DNA of 64,000 bases from positions 5,193 to 69,192 of IMG/VR virus record IMGVR_UViG_3300008050_000037, one strand, 5' to 3'. The notes below the pieces were generated by a model. It was not told where the DNA came from. It did no database searches and saw only the letters and a program-made list of their open reading frames with translations. Shown piece by piece: positions 1 to 6,850 of the stretch; position 1 is the stretch's first letter, and every line of letters starts with the position of its first letter. Source of the stretch: a virus. A program made the translations under genes and the position numbers.

Positions 1-210
1 GGCAGTTAAAGGCTTAACATCATTATTGAAAATAGCCTTTTCGGCCTGAAAAACTGCTTCTGCCAACTGTTTCCGATTGTTGTTCTGAAGTGTAACCTCG
101 GTACGCTCAATAGCTTCCGGTGCAGTACCGGAAGTACGGTCGAGAATACGATTTGCAACAGAAAGAAAAGCCTCAAGTGATTCGCGAGGAATCGTGATTG
201 AATCGTCCAT
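1..210 (-). CDS. Hypothetical protein, runs off window (MDDSITIPRESLEAFLSVANRILD...)
   Basis: ATG at 210 with GGAG upstream; frame open to position 1; promoter-like site at 229-256. Confidence 0.6.
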   Translation of the reverse strand, partial: MDDSITIPRESLEAFLSVANRILDRTSGTAPEAIERTEVTLQNNNRKQLAEAVFQAEKAIFNNDVKPLTA

Positions 211-228
211 TAAAATCTCCGTGAAAAA

Positions 229-256
229 ACTATAGGAACGAGACCCCGAGAGTAAA
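229..256 (-). promoter_or_regulatory. Sigma70-like promoter TTTACT-N16-TATAGT
   Basis: Read from sequence; intergenic; same 16-bp spacer as other promoters in window. Confidence 0.55.
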
Positions 257-257
257 A

Positions 258-1052
258 CTATTCGTCATCGTATTCGATACCATGGTAATCATACGGACGC
301 TCTTTCTCGAACAGACCACGCTCCACAGCGGCGACGAGACAGCCTGCCATAGTCAGAAAATCATCGGGAAACGAAGTCTCGACGGGCGAAATAACTTCAA
401 AGCCTCGTTCCTTGTTTCGCGACCGAGCGCTATCCTCAACGTCGTTGATATTGATCAACTCTGGCTTGAGCATGTTTGAGAACCTTTCGCCGTCGGGGTA
501 GTGCTCATCTGGCGTAATGTTCGTGGCATAGATGATCTCATTGCATTGCAGATTTTCGCCCAAAGCACACTCATGGGTAAGCCTAGCCCAATCGATTCTA
601 TCGACCATCGCCAAAACACTATTGTCACCTGTGCGCCAAGAATGTGCGTGACCGAGAGCGCCGACACCCAATCCGGCTTCGGCAAATCGCTCGGCAAACT
701 TCTCGCGCGCCGCAAGAGCCTTGGTGGCAAAGTCATTCATATCATTCTTCTTATACCCGCAAGAGCGACGATTGTGTCCATATCCAGTGCAGTAAGAACA
801 CTTGCGATTCTTGCCACGATTGGCTACCTTGTTCAACTCAGCCTTGTGGCGATCGAGATAGCGCTGTGCTGACCTGCGTTCCCAATCCTCTGTGAAGTTA
901 TCTTCTGCAAGTTGGTGTTCATATTCAGCAATCTGGTCCAGGTGATTCTGCTTCTTCGCCTTGCACGAACCCTTGTTGTGACCCTTTTCATAGCAGTAGC
1001 CACAAGTTACAGTGCGCTTCCAGTTTCCATTTTCATCAGTATAATACGACAT
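258..1052 (-). CDS. Protein with two CCHC zinc-knuckle motifs
   Basis: CGYCYEKGHNKGSC and CSYCTGYGHNRRSC both fit Cx2Cx4Hx4C; GGAGG upstream. Confidence 0.7.
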   Translation of the reverse strand: MSYYTDENGNWKRTVTCGYCYEKGHNKGSCKAKKQNHLDQIAEYEHQLAEDNFTEDWERRSAQRYLDRHKAELNKVANRGKNRKCSYCTGYGHNRRSCGYKKNDMNDFATKALAAREKFAERFAEAGLGVGALGHAHSWRTGDNSVLAMVDRIDWARLTHECALGENLQCNEIIYATNITPDEHYPDGERFSNMLKPELININDVEDSARSRNKERGFEVISPVETSFPDDFLTMAGCLVAAVERGLFEKERPYDYHGIEYDDE

Positions 1053-1083
1053 TTCAACCCTCCGTTGTGTCGTTTACAGTATA

Positions 1084-1111
1084 AGTATAGTTACGCAGCT
1101 TGAAGAGTCAA
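1084..1111 (-). promoter_or_regulatory. Sigma70-like promoter TTGACT-N16-TATACT
   Basis: Near-consensus hexamers upstream of zinc-knuckle gene. Confidence 0.65.
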
Positions 1112-1570
1112 GAGCGCATCGAGCATATTAACAGTTTTTGGGGATCCGCCGCCCACTGGATGGACCCAACACTTTGAGCCCCACGGACTATAAATGTTTG
1201 TACCCTTTTCGCACAGGGCAGCTAAGACTTGGCAGATATCAACATCTTCCAAAATATATTCTGGGGTTTCGTCGTCGAAGGCTTCGGGGTTGTTAAAGGC
1301 CACTCCAGCTTCAACCAGCAAAATCATCATATGCTCGGTTAGTTCTTCTCCAGAGATGGGCGCGTCAGACCAACAGTTCTCCGTAAAATACTCATGGCAC
1401 GAGGAATCTTCGATGACGGCCTGCATTTCAACGTAGCCGTTTTTAATCTCGATGAGTTGCATATCAACTCCATTGTCATACCAGTTAAGATATCTGTGAG
1501 TAAAGCAGTTAATCACTTTCTCGTAGATATCCTTGCCATACTTGGGCTTAAAGATCCAAGATGATTGCAT
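1091..1570 (-). CDS. Hypothetical protein
   Basis: 159-aa ORF on coding strand; no motif recognised. Confidence 0.6.
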   Translation of the reverse strand: MQSSWIFKPKYGKDIYEKVINCFTHRYLNWYDNGVDMQLIEIKNGYVEMQAVIEDSSCHEYFTENCWSDAPISGEELTEHMMILLVEAGVAFNNPEAFDDETPEYILEDVDICQVLAALCEKGTNIYSPWGSKCWVHPVGGGSPKTVNMLDALLTLQAA

Positions 1571-1582
1571 GTTTTTTACCCG

Positions 1583-1753
1583 CTATTTTGTGTAGGTTTT
1601 AGTGTGAGTGCATCGCACTTCACCAGTTGAGCCAATATGCTTGCATGTTTCTTGATGATGCGCGCGAGTGGGTTTAATGCCAACTGACGGCATTGGAACA
1701 TAACAACCGTAAGTTAAAACTGAGTATATCAAAACAAAAATAATCTTCTTCAT
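1583..1753 (-). CDS. Small putative lipoprotein (MKKIIFVLIYSVLTYGC...), 56 aa, not in ORF track
   Basis: Manually translated; basic N-terminus, hydrophobic stretch, lipobox-like Cys. Confidence 0.55.
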   Translation of the reverse strand: MKKIIFVLIYSVLTYGCYVPMPSVGIKPTRAHHQETCKHIGSTGEVRCTHTKTYTK

Positions 1754-1784
1754 TATTTTCCCTATGTGTGTGAGTAAAAAAATA

Positions 1785-1861
1785 TGGTTGACCCGGTGGG
1801 ACTTGAACCCACGACTCCCACCTTATAAGGATGACGCTCTAACCTACTGAGCTACGGGTCA
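1785..1861 (-). tRNA. tRNA-Ile (anticodon UAU)
   Basis: Acceptor stem TGACCCG/CGGGTCA, D arm GCTC..GAGC, loop CTTATAA, T arm GTGGG-TTCAAGT-CCCAC, encoded CCA. Confidence 0.9.
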
Positions 1862-1880
1862 GTAATCTGTCTACGCCCCA

Positions 1881-1908
1881 ACTATAGGAACCAAAAGATC
1901 CTGGTCAA
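1881..1908 (-). promoter_or_regulatory. Sigma70-like promoter TTGACC-N16-TATAGT upstream of tRNA-Ile
   Basis: Read from sequence; -35 overlaps stop codon of last array ORF. Confidence 0.6.
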
Positions 1909-2087
1909 GACTCAGAAATAAGAAGTAGTGTTTCTTCTCGTCGACTGTGCTCTTCGCCTTCAAGTATATATAATCTAACAGATTTTCCATCTCGTTCGCT
2001 TTCAATGACCTCTACAATCATTTTGGCCGGATAGATTTCTTTGTAGTTTGAATAGCTTGAAGGTATTACTAAATCACCGACTTTCAC
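1905..2087 (-). CDS. MKVGDLV-family small SH3/KOW-like protein (array cassette)
   Basis: MKVGDLVIP...LLLISES; GTG start in junction repeat. Confidence 0.75.
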   Translation of the reverse strand: MKVGDLVIPSSYSNYKEIYPAKMIVEVIESERDGKSVRLYILEGEEHSRREETLLLISES

Positions 2088-2274
2088 TGATCAGCTCCAG
2101 CTCTTCGACGCGGAATACGCACCTGCCGCCAGTGCTAGTCAGCATTACCTCTACGCGGTGGATCCAGTTAGCGGGTGATGGTTGGAAGATGTTTGTCACC
2201 AGTCCCTTAGTACGACCGTAGTTTCCTATTGTGGAATATGCTTCGCTCGCCATAACCAAATCACCGACTTTCAC
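2074..2274 (-). CDS. MKVGDLV-family cassette
   Basis: MKVGDLVMA...LELISESR; 14-nt overlaps at both ends. Confidence 0.8.
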   Translation of the reverse strand: MKVGDLVMASEAYSTIGNYGRTKGLVTNIFQPSPANWIHRVEVMLTSTGGRCVFRVEELELISESR

Positions 2275-2449
2275 TGAAATACTCCTTTAAGACTTCTTCC
2301 ATCGCATCGTGGACTCGCCTCTCAAGATCGATAGCTCGTAGCTTGTCCAAATCTAAGTCGAATGGAATATCTACTCGGCACTCAACAACACTTGGTCCGA
2401 TTGAAATATGGTAGTGTGCGCCAGGAGTCTGGCATTTATGTTCCCTCAC
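2261..2449 (-). CDS. Unrelated hypothetical cargo cassette (MREHKCQ...YFSESR)
   Basis: No MKVGD motif but same 14-nt overlaps and SESR end. Confidence 0.7.
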   Translation of the reverse strand: MREHKCQTPGAHYHISIGPSVVECRVDIPFDLDLDKLRAIDLERRVHDAMEEVLKEYFSESR

Positions 2450-2630
2450 CTACAACCTCGATAAACTTTTCGTCCATTGGACCTCCGTAATGGAAGTTCG
2501 CGGACGGGAGTGGGTGCAAGTCCCAGTAAGCTGTTCGTCCAACATAATCGTCATCCATCTTTGCCCTACCAAGAACAATATAGTAACCAACTTTCGCTGG
2601 TAAAACTTGTACTAGGTCACCCACTTTCAT
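2436..2630 (-). CDS. MKVGDLV-family cassette
   Basis: Start placed at ATG 2630 (MKVGDLVQV...IEVVGEGT). Confidence 0.75.
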   Translation of the reverse strand: MKVGDLVQVLPAKVGYYIVLGRAKMDDDYVGRTAYWDLHPLPSANFHYGGPMDEKFIEVVGEGT

Positions 2631-2796
2631 TAACCAACACCATGCGAGGCTCAACCGTCCACACGGGATCCTCTCCTTCGATAGTCAAAGATTGAATCTT
2701 CCACCAACGATTGCCAAACTTGCAGCCTCTATCTCTCTCGACCAAAATGTAATAACCATCTTTTTCAAGTAAAGTAACTAAATCACCCGCCTTCAT
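2617..2796 (-). CDS. MKAGDLV-family cassette, 59 aa, not in ORF track
   Basis: Manual translation MKAGDLVTLLEKDGYYILV...MVLVNESG*. Confidence 0.75.
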   Translation of the reverse strand: MKAGDLVTLLEKDGYYILVERDRGCKFGNRWWKIQSLTIEGEDPVWTVEPRMVLVNESG

Positions 2797-2813
2797 AAAT
2801 CACCCGCCTTCAT
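2780..2813 (-). repeat. Perfect 17-bp tandem duplication of junction (ATGAAGGCGGGTGATTT x2)
   Basis: aaatcacccgccttcat at 2780-2796 and 2797-2813; encodes 6-aa MKAGDL*. Confidence 0.9.
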
Positions 2814-3049
2814 TTTATATACATATACGTGATCATATCGTCGGCTTCTTCGATAATATCACCCGAAGGGAACCACTTAACTTCGTAAGATTCCTCTTCA
2901 AAATCACCGTCGGCCGATGGCACGCGGCGCAGAACTATTCCAACATTCCATTCGTATATTTCTGCTGCTGAATATCCAATACCACTGATCAGATTTTTCT
3001 TCTCGCTTGGAGAAAGTTTAACTAAATCGCCAACTTCAAACTTTGTCAC
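2810..3049 (-). CDS. Array cassette (MTKFEVGDLVKL...WFPSG), paralog of 8340-8567
   Basis: GTG at 3049 gives the standard 14-nt overlap with upstream ORF. Confidence 0.7.
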   Translation of the reverse strand: MTKFEVGDLVKLSPSEKKNLISGIGYSAAEIYEWNVGIVLRRVPSADGDFEEESYEVKWFPSGDIIEEADDMITYMYIK

Positions 3050-3242
3050 AAATAACCTCAACGCAATGCGATGGTGTCCAGGCTTCTTGTGGACCGTATT
3101 CGTCGGAAAACCAATAAATCCAAGCGCCTGGGCAGCTGCCTTCTCCATGTTCGATATCGTGCAAGTTTAAGACAATCCCTGTATGACCAACAAAATATGC
3201 ACGGCCAGGGTTAGACCATCTTACTAAATCACCGACTTTCAC
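3036..3242 (-). CDS. MKVGDLV-family cassette
   Basis: MKVGDLVRW...GIVL...IYW...VEVI. Confidence 0.8.
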   Translation of the reverse strand: MKVGDLVRWSNPGRAYFVGHTGIVLNLHDIEHGEGSCPGAWIYWFSDEYGPQEAWTPSHCVEVICDKV

Positions 3243-3445
3243 TATGGATTCCCCATAGTATTTTCGTCTTCTTCTGGTTCGGGCGTGTGTCTCAAGTCTT
3301 CGATACTGTGATATTCATTAAAGTTTCGATCGCCAAATCGCACAACGGCTTCCGGGGGACAGGTGTCGACGCGCATAACAAGTCCCGGCACAGCACAATC
3401 GTCACGAATGTCATCGGCATGCCAGACCAAATCACCTACTTTCAC
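3242..3445 (-). CDS. MKVGDLV-family cassette
   Basis: MKVGDLVWH...GLVMRV...; TAGTG overlap. Confidence 0.8.
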   Translation of the reverse strand: MKVGDLVWHADDIRDDCAVPGLVMRVDTCPPEAVVRFGDRNFNEYHSIEDLRHTPEPEEDENTMGNP

Positions 3446-3609
3446 TTACAGCCCTCGCACCTACCTTTAAGATAGTCCGCGACTATATCACCAATGACAT
3501 CCATCACGGCTTCAAAATCATCTTCATCGTCAAGGCAGCGCGACGAACATCTCTCAGCTAGAGCATCGCGTATAGAATCTTTAAGATTAAAAAAATCACC
3601 CGGCTTCAT
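3442..3609 (-). CDS. Cassette with junction-type start but helical acidic body (MKPGDFFNLKDSIRDALAERC...), 55 aa, not in ORF track
   Basis: Manual translation; 14-nt overlap with upstream ORF, GTGA overlap downstream. Confidence 0.65.
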   Translation of the reverse strand: MKPGDFFNLKDSIRDALAERCSSRCLDDEDDFEAVMDVIGDIVADYLKGRCEGCK

Positions 3610-3814
3610 TTAGAACCTCCAGCCAACCAGCGAGCATACAATCTCGGCCCCCACCTTCTTCTGCTAAGTGTGCCGGTGAAACCCAACGAACCCACCAGCG
3701 ATGTACACGCCGCTTGTGTTGCCGGTATACAATGCCGATCGGGTAGTATTGCTCGCCTCCAATATCGTCTGGTCCCCAAGGGTCAGCACTTTTTACCAAG
3801 TTACCGATTTTCAT
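3596..3814 (-). CDS. MKIGNLV-family cassette
   Basis: Start placed at ATG 3814; ends LEVLNEAG. Confidence 0.75.
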   Translation of the reverse strand: MKIGNLVKSADPWGPDDIGGEQYYPIGIVYRQHKRRVHRWWVRWVSPAHLAEEGGGRDCMLAGWLEVLNEAG

Positions 3815-3996
3815 ATTTTCTCCAGCCATCTGTAACTGTTCCAAGATTCTTGTGGACAGCCCCTTGGAGGGTTACACCAGTATACGAAATATCCGCATCT
3901 GTCCTCCGCGATCGCGTTTAAGTCTACCTCAACTATAATCCCCAAGCCGCTGCGGTCAAGGGCATGCGTATTATTTACCAAGTCACCGACTTTCAT
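3811..3996 (-). CDS. MKVGDLV-family cassette
   Basis: MKVGDLVNN...GIIVEV...VYW. Confidence 0.8.
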   Translation of the reverse strand: MKVGDLVNNTHALDRSGLGIIVEVDLNAIAEDRCGYFVYWCNPPRGCPQESWNSYRWLEKI

Positions 3997-4180
3997 CGAA
4001 TGGTCTCAACTCGTTGGGCATATAACCATAAACTGTACGTGGAGTGTCACCGCCGAAAAGAGACCAATGCACATCGATGAGTGTTATCCCATTGTGCTTT
4101 GACACCCTTACAACAATACCAGTCGACGTGCGCGTGTAGCCGGGTCGATCGCGATGGCGCACCAAATCACCGATTTTCAC
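3983..4180 (-). CDS. MKIGDLV-family cassette
   Basis: MKIGDLVRH...GIVVRV...VHW...DESR. Confidence 0.8.
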   Translation of the reverse strand: MKIGDLVRHRDRPGYTRTSTGIVVRVSKHNGITLIDVHWSLFGGDTPRTVYGYMPNELRPFDESR

Positions 4181-4349
4181 TTAACATCTCCAAAAGTTCG
4201 TGGTCGAGAGGATACAGCCCACTGTGTTCGGATTTGCCAAACCAGTGAATGATAGCCTGACCTCCCCACTTATCCTCGTCTATTTCTATAATGATGCCGA
4301 CGTCTTTCGCGTGTGGGTGTATCCACTTAACCAGATCACCGACTTTCAT
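4167..4349 (-). CDS. MKVGDLV-family cassette
   Basis: MKVGDLVKW...GIIIEI...IHW...LEMLSENR. Confidence 0.8.
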   Translation of the reverse strand: MKVGDLVKWIHPHAKDVGIIIEIDEDKWGGQAIIHWFGKSEHSGLYPLDHELLEMLSENR

Positions 4350-4530
4350 TGATAACCTCTATTTCGTTCTCAGTAAAAGGATAGGGACTAGACCAGCCTT
4401 GGTAAAGCACTAAATAGTTAGTTGACCAAGCACCGGCAGGCACGTATTGCACATCTTTGATTCCAGTGATCACGCCGATTTTACCAGCGTTGTGATTTTT
4501 GGTAATACGAACCAAGTCACCGACTTTCAT
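4336..4530 (-). CDS. MKVGDLV-family cassette, KOW-like
   Basis: Start placed at ATG 4530; GDLVRITKNHNAGKIGVI resembles a KOW motif; ends IEVINESR. Confidence 0.8.
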   Translation of the reverse strand: MKVGDLVRITKNHNAGKIGVITGIKDVQYVPAGAWSTNYLVLYQGWSSPYPFTENEIEVINESR

Positions 4531-4720
4531 TGATAACCTCCAGTATACACAACTGATAATGACCAGCCGCCGTGTATTTGCAAGCCCACTCAACATAGGC
4601 AGAGCCCTGACAAGGCTGCGAAGGGTGCGGCGGCTCAGGTAAATCCTTAAAGCGCAATACAATACCGAAAGGGCCACTGACCCTGTGGCCTGTAAACTTT
4701 ACCAAATCACCGACTTTCAT
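4517..4720 (-). CDS. MKVGDLV-family cassette, probably leaderless
   Basis: MKVGDLVKF...GIVL...VEW...LEVINESR. Confidence 0.8.
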   Translation of the reverse strand: MKVGDLVKFTGHRVSGPFGIVLRFKDLPEPPHPSQPCQGSAYVEWACKYTAAGHYQLCILEVINESR

Positions 4721-4726
4721 ACTACA

Positions 4727-4754
4727 ACCATAGAAACCAAAAAATTAAAGTCTA
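4727..4754 (-). promoter_or_regulatory. Internal array promoter TAGACT-N16-TATGGT
   Basis: Sits in the only intergenic gap of the array; -10 is 6 nt from ATG 4720. Confidence 0.5.
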
Positions 4755-4973
4755 GGCTTTTTGGATTATTGTTACTAAGCCTTCAGCCAAGGCATCTTCG
4801 CCAAGGTCACAGACGTAGGAAATACTCGGCCACTTTATCTTCCACGAGGGCATCACACCATCTGGGTATTCCGCAAGTTCGCCGACTACGCCCACTTCAT
4901 AGCCAGAACCAACGGACACAACAAGGCCTATCTCACCGTCATGCGTATCTTGAACCAAATCACCGACCTTCAC
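4752..4973 (-). CDS. MKVGDLV-family cassette
   Basis: Start placed at GTG 4973 (VKVGDLVQDTHDGEIGLVV...IKW). Confidence 0.75.
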   Translation of the reverse strand: MKVGDLVQDTHDGEIGLVVSVGSGYEVGVVGELAEYPDGVMPSWKIKWPSISYVCDLGEDALAEGLVTIIQKA

Positions 4974-5136
4974 TGATGACCTCAATATTCGCCTTGAAAG
5001 GGAGCGTGACTTTCCCGTCGGGCCACAGTACCTCACACGCTTCACTACTATGTGACCATGCCTTTACGATAATCCCATAGACCTTTTCAATACCAGGGAT
5101 GGGTACAGTGCGTCTTACCAAATCACCTACTTGCAT
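4960..5136 (-). CDS. MQVGDLV-family cassette, 58 aa, not in ORF track
   Basis: Manual translation MQVGDLVRRTVPIPGIEKVYGIIV...VLWPDGK...IEVISEGR*. Confidence 0.8.
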   Translation of the reverse strand: MQVGDLVRRTVPIPGIEKVYGIIVKAWSHSSEACEVLWPDGKVTLPFKANIEVISEGR

Positions 5137-5329
5137 TGATAACCTCTATACTACTTCGGTACTCAGGCATTGCATATGACACCGCCCATCTTTCGTCTGT
5201 CCATTCTGAATCGTACTTGTTCCACAATACAACAGGGTCATTATCTTCATCGTAGTCTACAATCACGCCCACATATCCATCATTTCTTCGCGGACCGTGG
5301 ACTGGTATGACCAAATCACCGACTTGCAC
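5123..5329 (-). CDS. MQVGDLV-family cassette
   Basis: GTG 5329; GVIV...VLW...IEVINASR. Confidence 0.8.
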   Translation of the reverse strand: MQVGDLVIPVHGPRRNDGYVGVIVDYDEDNDPVVLWNKYDSEWTDERWAVSYAMPEYRSSIEVINASR

Positions 5330-5501
5330 TGACAAGCTCCAAGGCGTATTTGGCGCAGCTTCCCGGCTCGCGGTCTGGCATTGTCGACCACTTGACCCGG
5401 CATCGTCTGGCCTGAGCCTCTACCGAGATAATGATTCCAATACCATACATTTGCGGTGGTGCTACGGCTGGTCTCATCTTTACCAAATCACCGACTTTCA
5501 C
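5316..5501 (-). CDS. MKVGDLV-family cassette
   Basis: GTG 5501; GIII...VKW...LELVSASR. Confidence 0.8.
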   Translation of the reverse strand: MKVGDLVKMRPAVAPPQMYGIGIIISVEAQARRCRVKWSTMPDREPGSCAKYALELVSASR

Positions 5502-5643
5502 TGACAATCTCCAGGCCAATAGTATAGTTGTCTGCATCTTCAACTGTGCCGTCATCGAGCCATCTTATCAATGTCTCGTAGGACTCGACACAGATGACGA
5601 GAGCAAGGTATCCGTTATGCTCTACCAAATCACCTACTTTCAT
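5488..5643 (-). CDS. MKVGDLV-family cassette
   Basis: ATG 5643; IRW...LEIVSESR. Confidence 0.8.
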   Translation of the reverse strand: MKVGDLVEHNGYLALVICVESYETLIRWLDDGTVEDADNYTIGLEIVSESR

Positions 5644-5806
5644 TAACAATCTCGCAGGCTTCTTTGACATATACCTTGGTGAACCACTCGATTCTTCCGT
5701 TAGGACACAGTATACCATATGGTGTCCGACACGTATCGTCTTTAATCGTTACCAATAAGCCCATTTCAGAATACTCACTGTCTTTTATCAAATCACCGAC
5801 TTTCAT
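5630..5806 (-). CDS. MKVGDLI-family cassette
   Basis: ATG 5806; ends CEIVNESR. Confidence 0.8.
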   Translation of the reverse strand: MKVGDLIKDSEYSEMGLLVTIKDDTCRTPYGILCPNGRIEWFTKVYVKEACEIVNESR

Positions 5807-5972
5807 AGTGATACTCCACATCGTCAGATTCTATTCCTTCGATTTCTCCATCGGACCACAAACATTCGAGCCAAAAGTTTTGTTTCAAGGGTCCGTGACC
5901 GGCAGGTATACCTGAAACATCTAGAATGATAGCAAACTCGCCACCACACTTTATCAAATCACCGAGTTTCAT
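5793..5972 (-). CDS. MKLGDLI-family cassette
   Basis: ATG 5972; CLWSDG...YHYESR. Confidence 0.75.
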   Translation of the reverse strand: MKLGDLIKCGGEFAIILDVSGIPAGHGPLKQNFWLECLWSDGEIEGIESDDVEYHYESR

Positions 5973-6264
5973 TAACTTTCTCCAAAATAATCCGGTCATA
6001 GAAAGCGCCTCGTTTTTCTCGCTTATCCACAGCAACACTTTCAACACCTTCCATTGAAAAATGGTGTAGTGTACAAAGAGCCCTCAAGACCTCAAATATA
6101 TCAGCTGCCTCTTCGTAAGAAGGATTCTCGATAAACTCTTCAAGCTCCTCTTGCATTTTCTTACACAAAAAATCTTGGTATTCGTCTAAGCCAGCGATGT
6201 GATAAACACACGTTTTCCCACCATCTTCAATAATCTTTGGGATGCCGTCTCTAACTAGCTTCAC
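5959..6264 (-). CDS. MazG-like / PRA-PH-like all-alpha NTP pyrophosphohydrolase, as array cargo
   Basis: KLVRDGIPKII, KMQEELEEF, EEAADIFEV, KREKRGAF match the COG4997-type family; 14-nt overlaps at both ends. Confidence 0.8.
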   Translation of the reverse strand: MKLVRDGIPKIIEDGGKTCVYHIAGLDEYQDFLCKKMQEELEEFIENPSYEEAADIFEVLRALCTLHHFSMEGVESVAVDKREKRGAFYDRIILEKVNETR

Positions 6265-6448
6265 TTATAACCTCCAACTCATATTCGCTCCACCATCCAA
6301 TCTCTTTCTTCCAGTGAACCTCAAAAAATACTATACCATAGTCATCTTCATAGGCATCTAAAACAATACCATATTTACGCTCTTCAAAATCAGCACCAAG
6401 CACATTGGTGATGCCAGGACGTAATCGAACAACATCACCGACCTTCAC
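6251..6448 (-). CDS. MKVGDVV-family cassette
   Basis: GIVL...VHW...LEVISEAS. Confidence 0.8.
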   Translation of the reverse strand: MKVGDVVRLRPGITNVLGADFEERKYGIVLDAYEDDYGIVFFEVHWKKEIGWWSEYELEVISEAS

Positions 6449-6626
6449 TTACGACCTCCAAAAAATCGCAGCGGGCGAACAGTGTTGGCTTGTGGCAACC
6501 AGCCCACAAGATGTAGGGGCTCCAACCCCAGGATCCGCAGCGCATAACGAGGCCGATATCATCGGGTGTTCGACCATAAGTTTTGCATACTCCCGATTCA
6601 ATCCTTACTAAATCACCGATCTTCAT
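6435..6626 (-). CDS. MKIGDLV-family cassette
   Basis: GLVM...ILW...LEVVSEGR. Confidence 0.8.
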   Translation of the reverse strand: MKIGDLVRIESGVCKTYGRTPDDIGLVMRCGSWGWSPYILWAGCHKPTLFARCDFLEVVSEGR

Positions 6627-6850
6627 GCCCTGCTCATAATGTGAAACATATCGTCAGCGCTCACAAAATCTTCAGCGTTCCAGGGGTCTGTCAAAGTTTT
6701 GTTAGCAACGCTCCAGACAATTTCAACCATAAGTCGATAATCATCGAAATATGTTCTTAGCACAATACCAATATCGCCATCGGAACACCCAATCATATCG
6801 CCGGTATTCGGATATCCTGGGCCGTTATTTACGTCCATAGATATATTCAT
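6623..6850 (-). CDS. Divergent member of the small beta-barrel family
   Basis: PNTGDMIGC...GIVL...IVW pattern. Confidence 0.6.
   Translation of the reverse strand: MNISMDVNNGPGYPNTGDMIGCSDGDIGIVLRTYFDDYRLMVEIVWSVANKTLTDPWNAEDFVSADDMFHIMSRA

Larger units (their letters stand above)
1905..6626 (-). repeat. Tandem gene-cassette array with repeated junction RTGAAAGTCGGTGA(T/C)TT (plus strand aaatcaccgactttca[c/t])
   Basis: Over 20 near-identical junction copies spaced ~140-290 bp apart, each overlapping an ORF stop and the next ORF start. Confidence 0.9.

Noticed and set aside
2436-6047. Longer ORF-track starts for array genes (2654, 3148, 3844, 4677, 5045, 5555, 5718, 6047)
   Set aside because: They run deep into upstream cassettes; the junction-embedded starts give the conserved N-terminus and, in most cases, the 14-nt overlap
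1905-6626. CRISPR array interpretation of the regularly spaced repeats
   Set aside because: Repeats are short, degenerate and non-palindromic; intervening units are 140-290 bp intact ORFs; no cas genes in the window
1905-6626. Classical integron or diversity-generating retroelement
   Set aside because: No attC-like inverted repeats or intergenic space, no tyrosine recombinase or reverse transcriptase in the window, and no template/variable repeat pair differing at adenines
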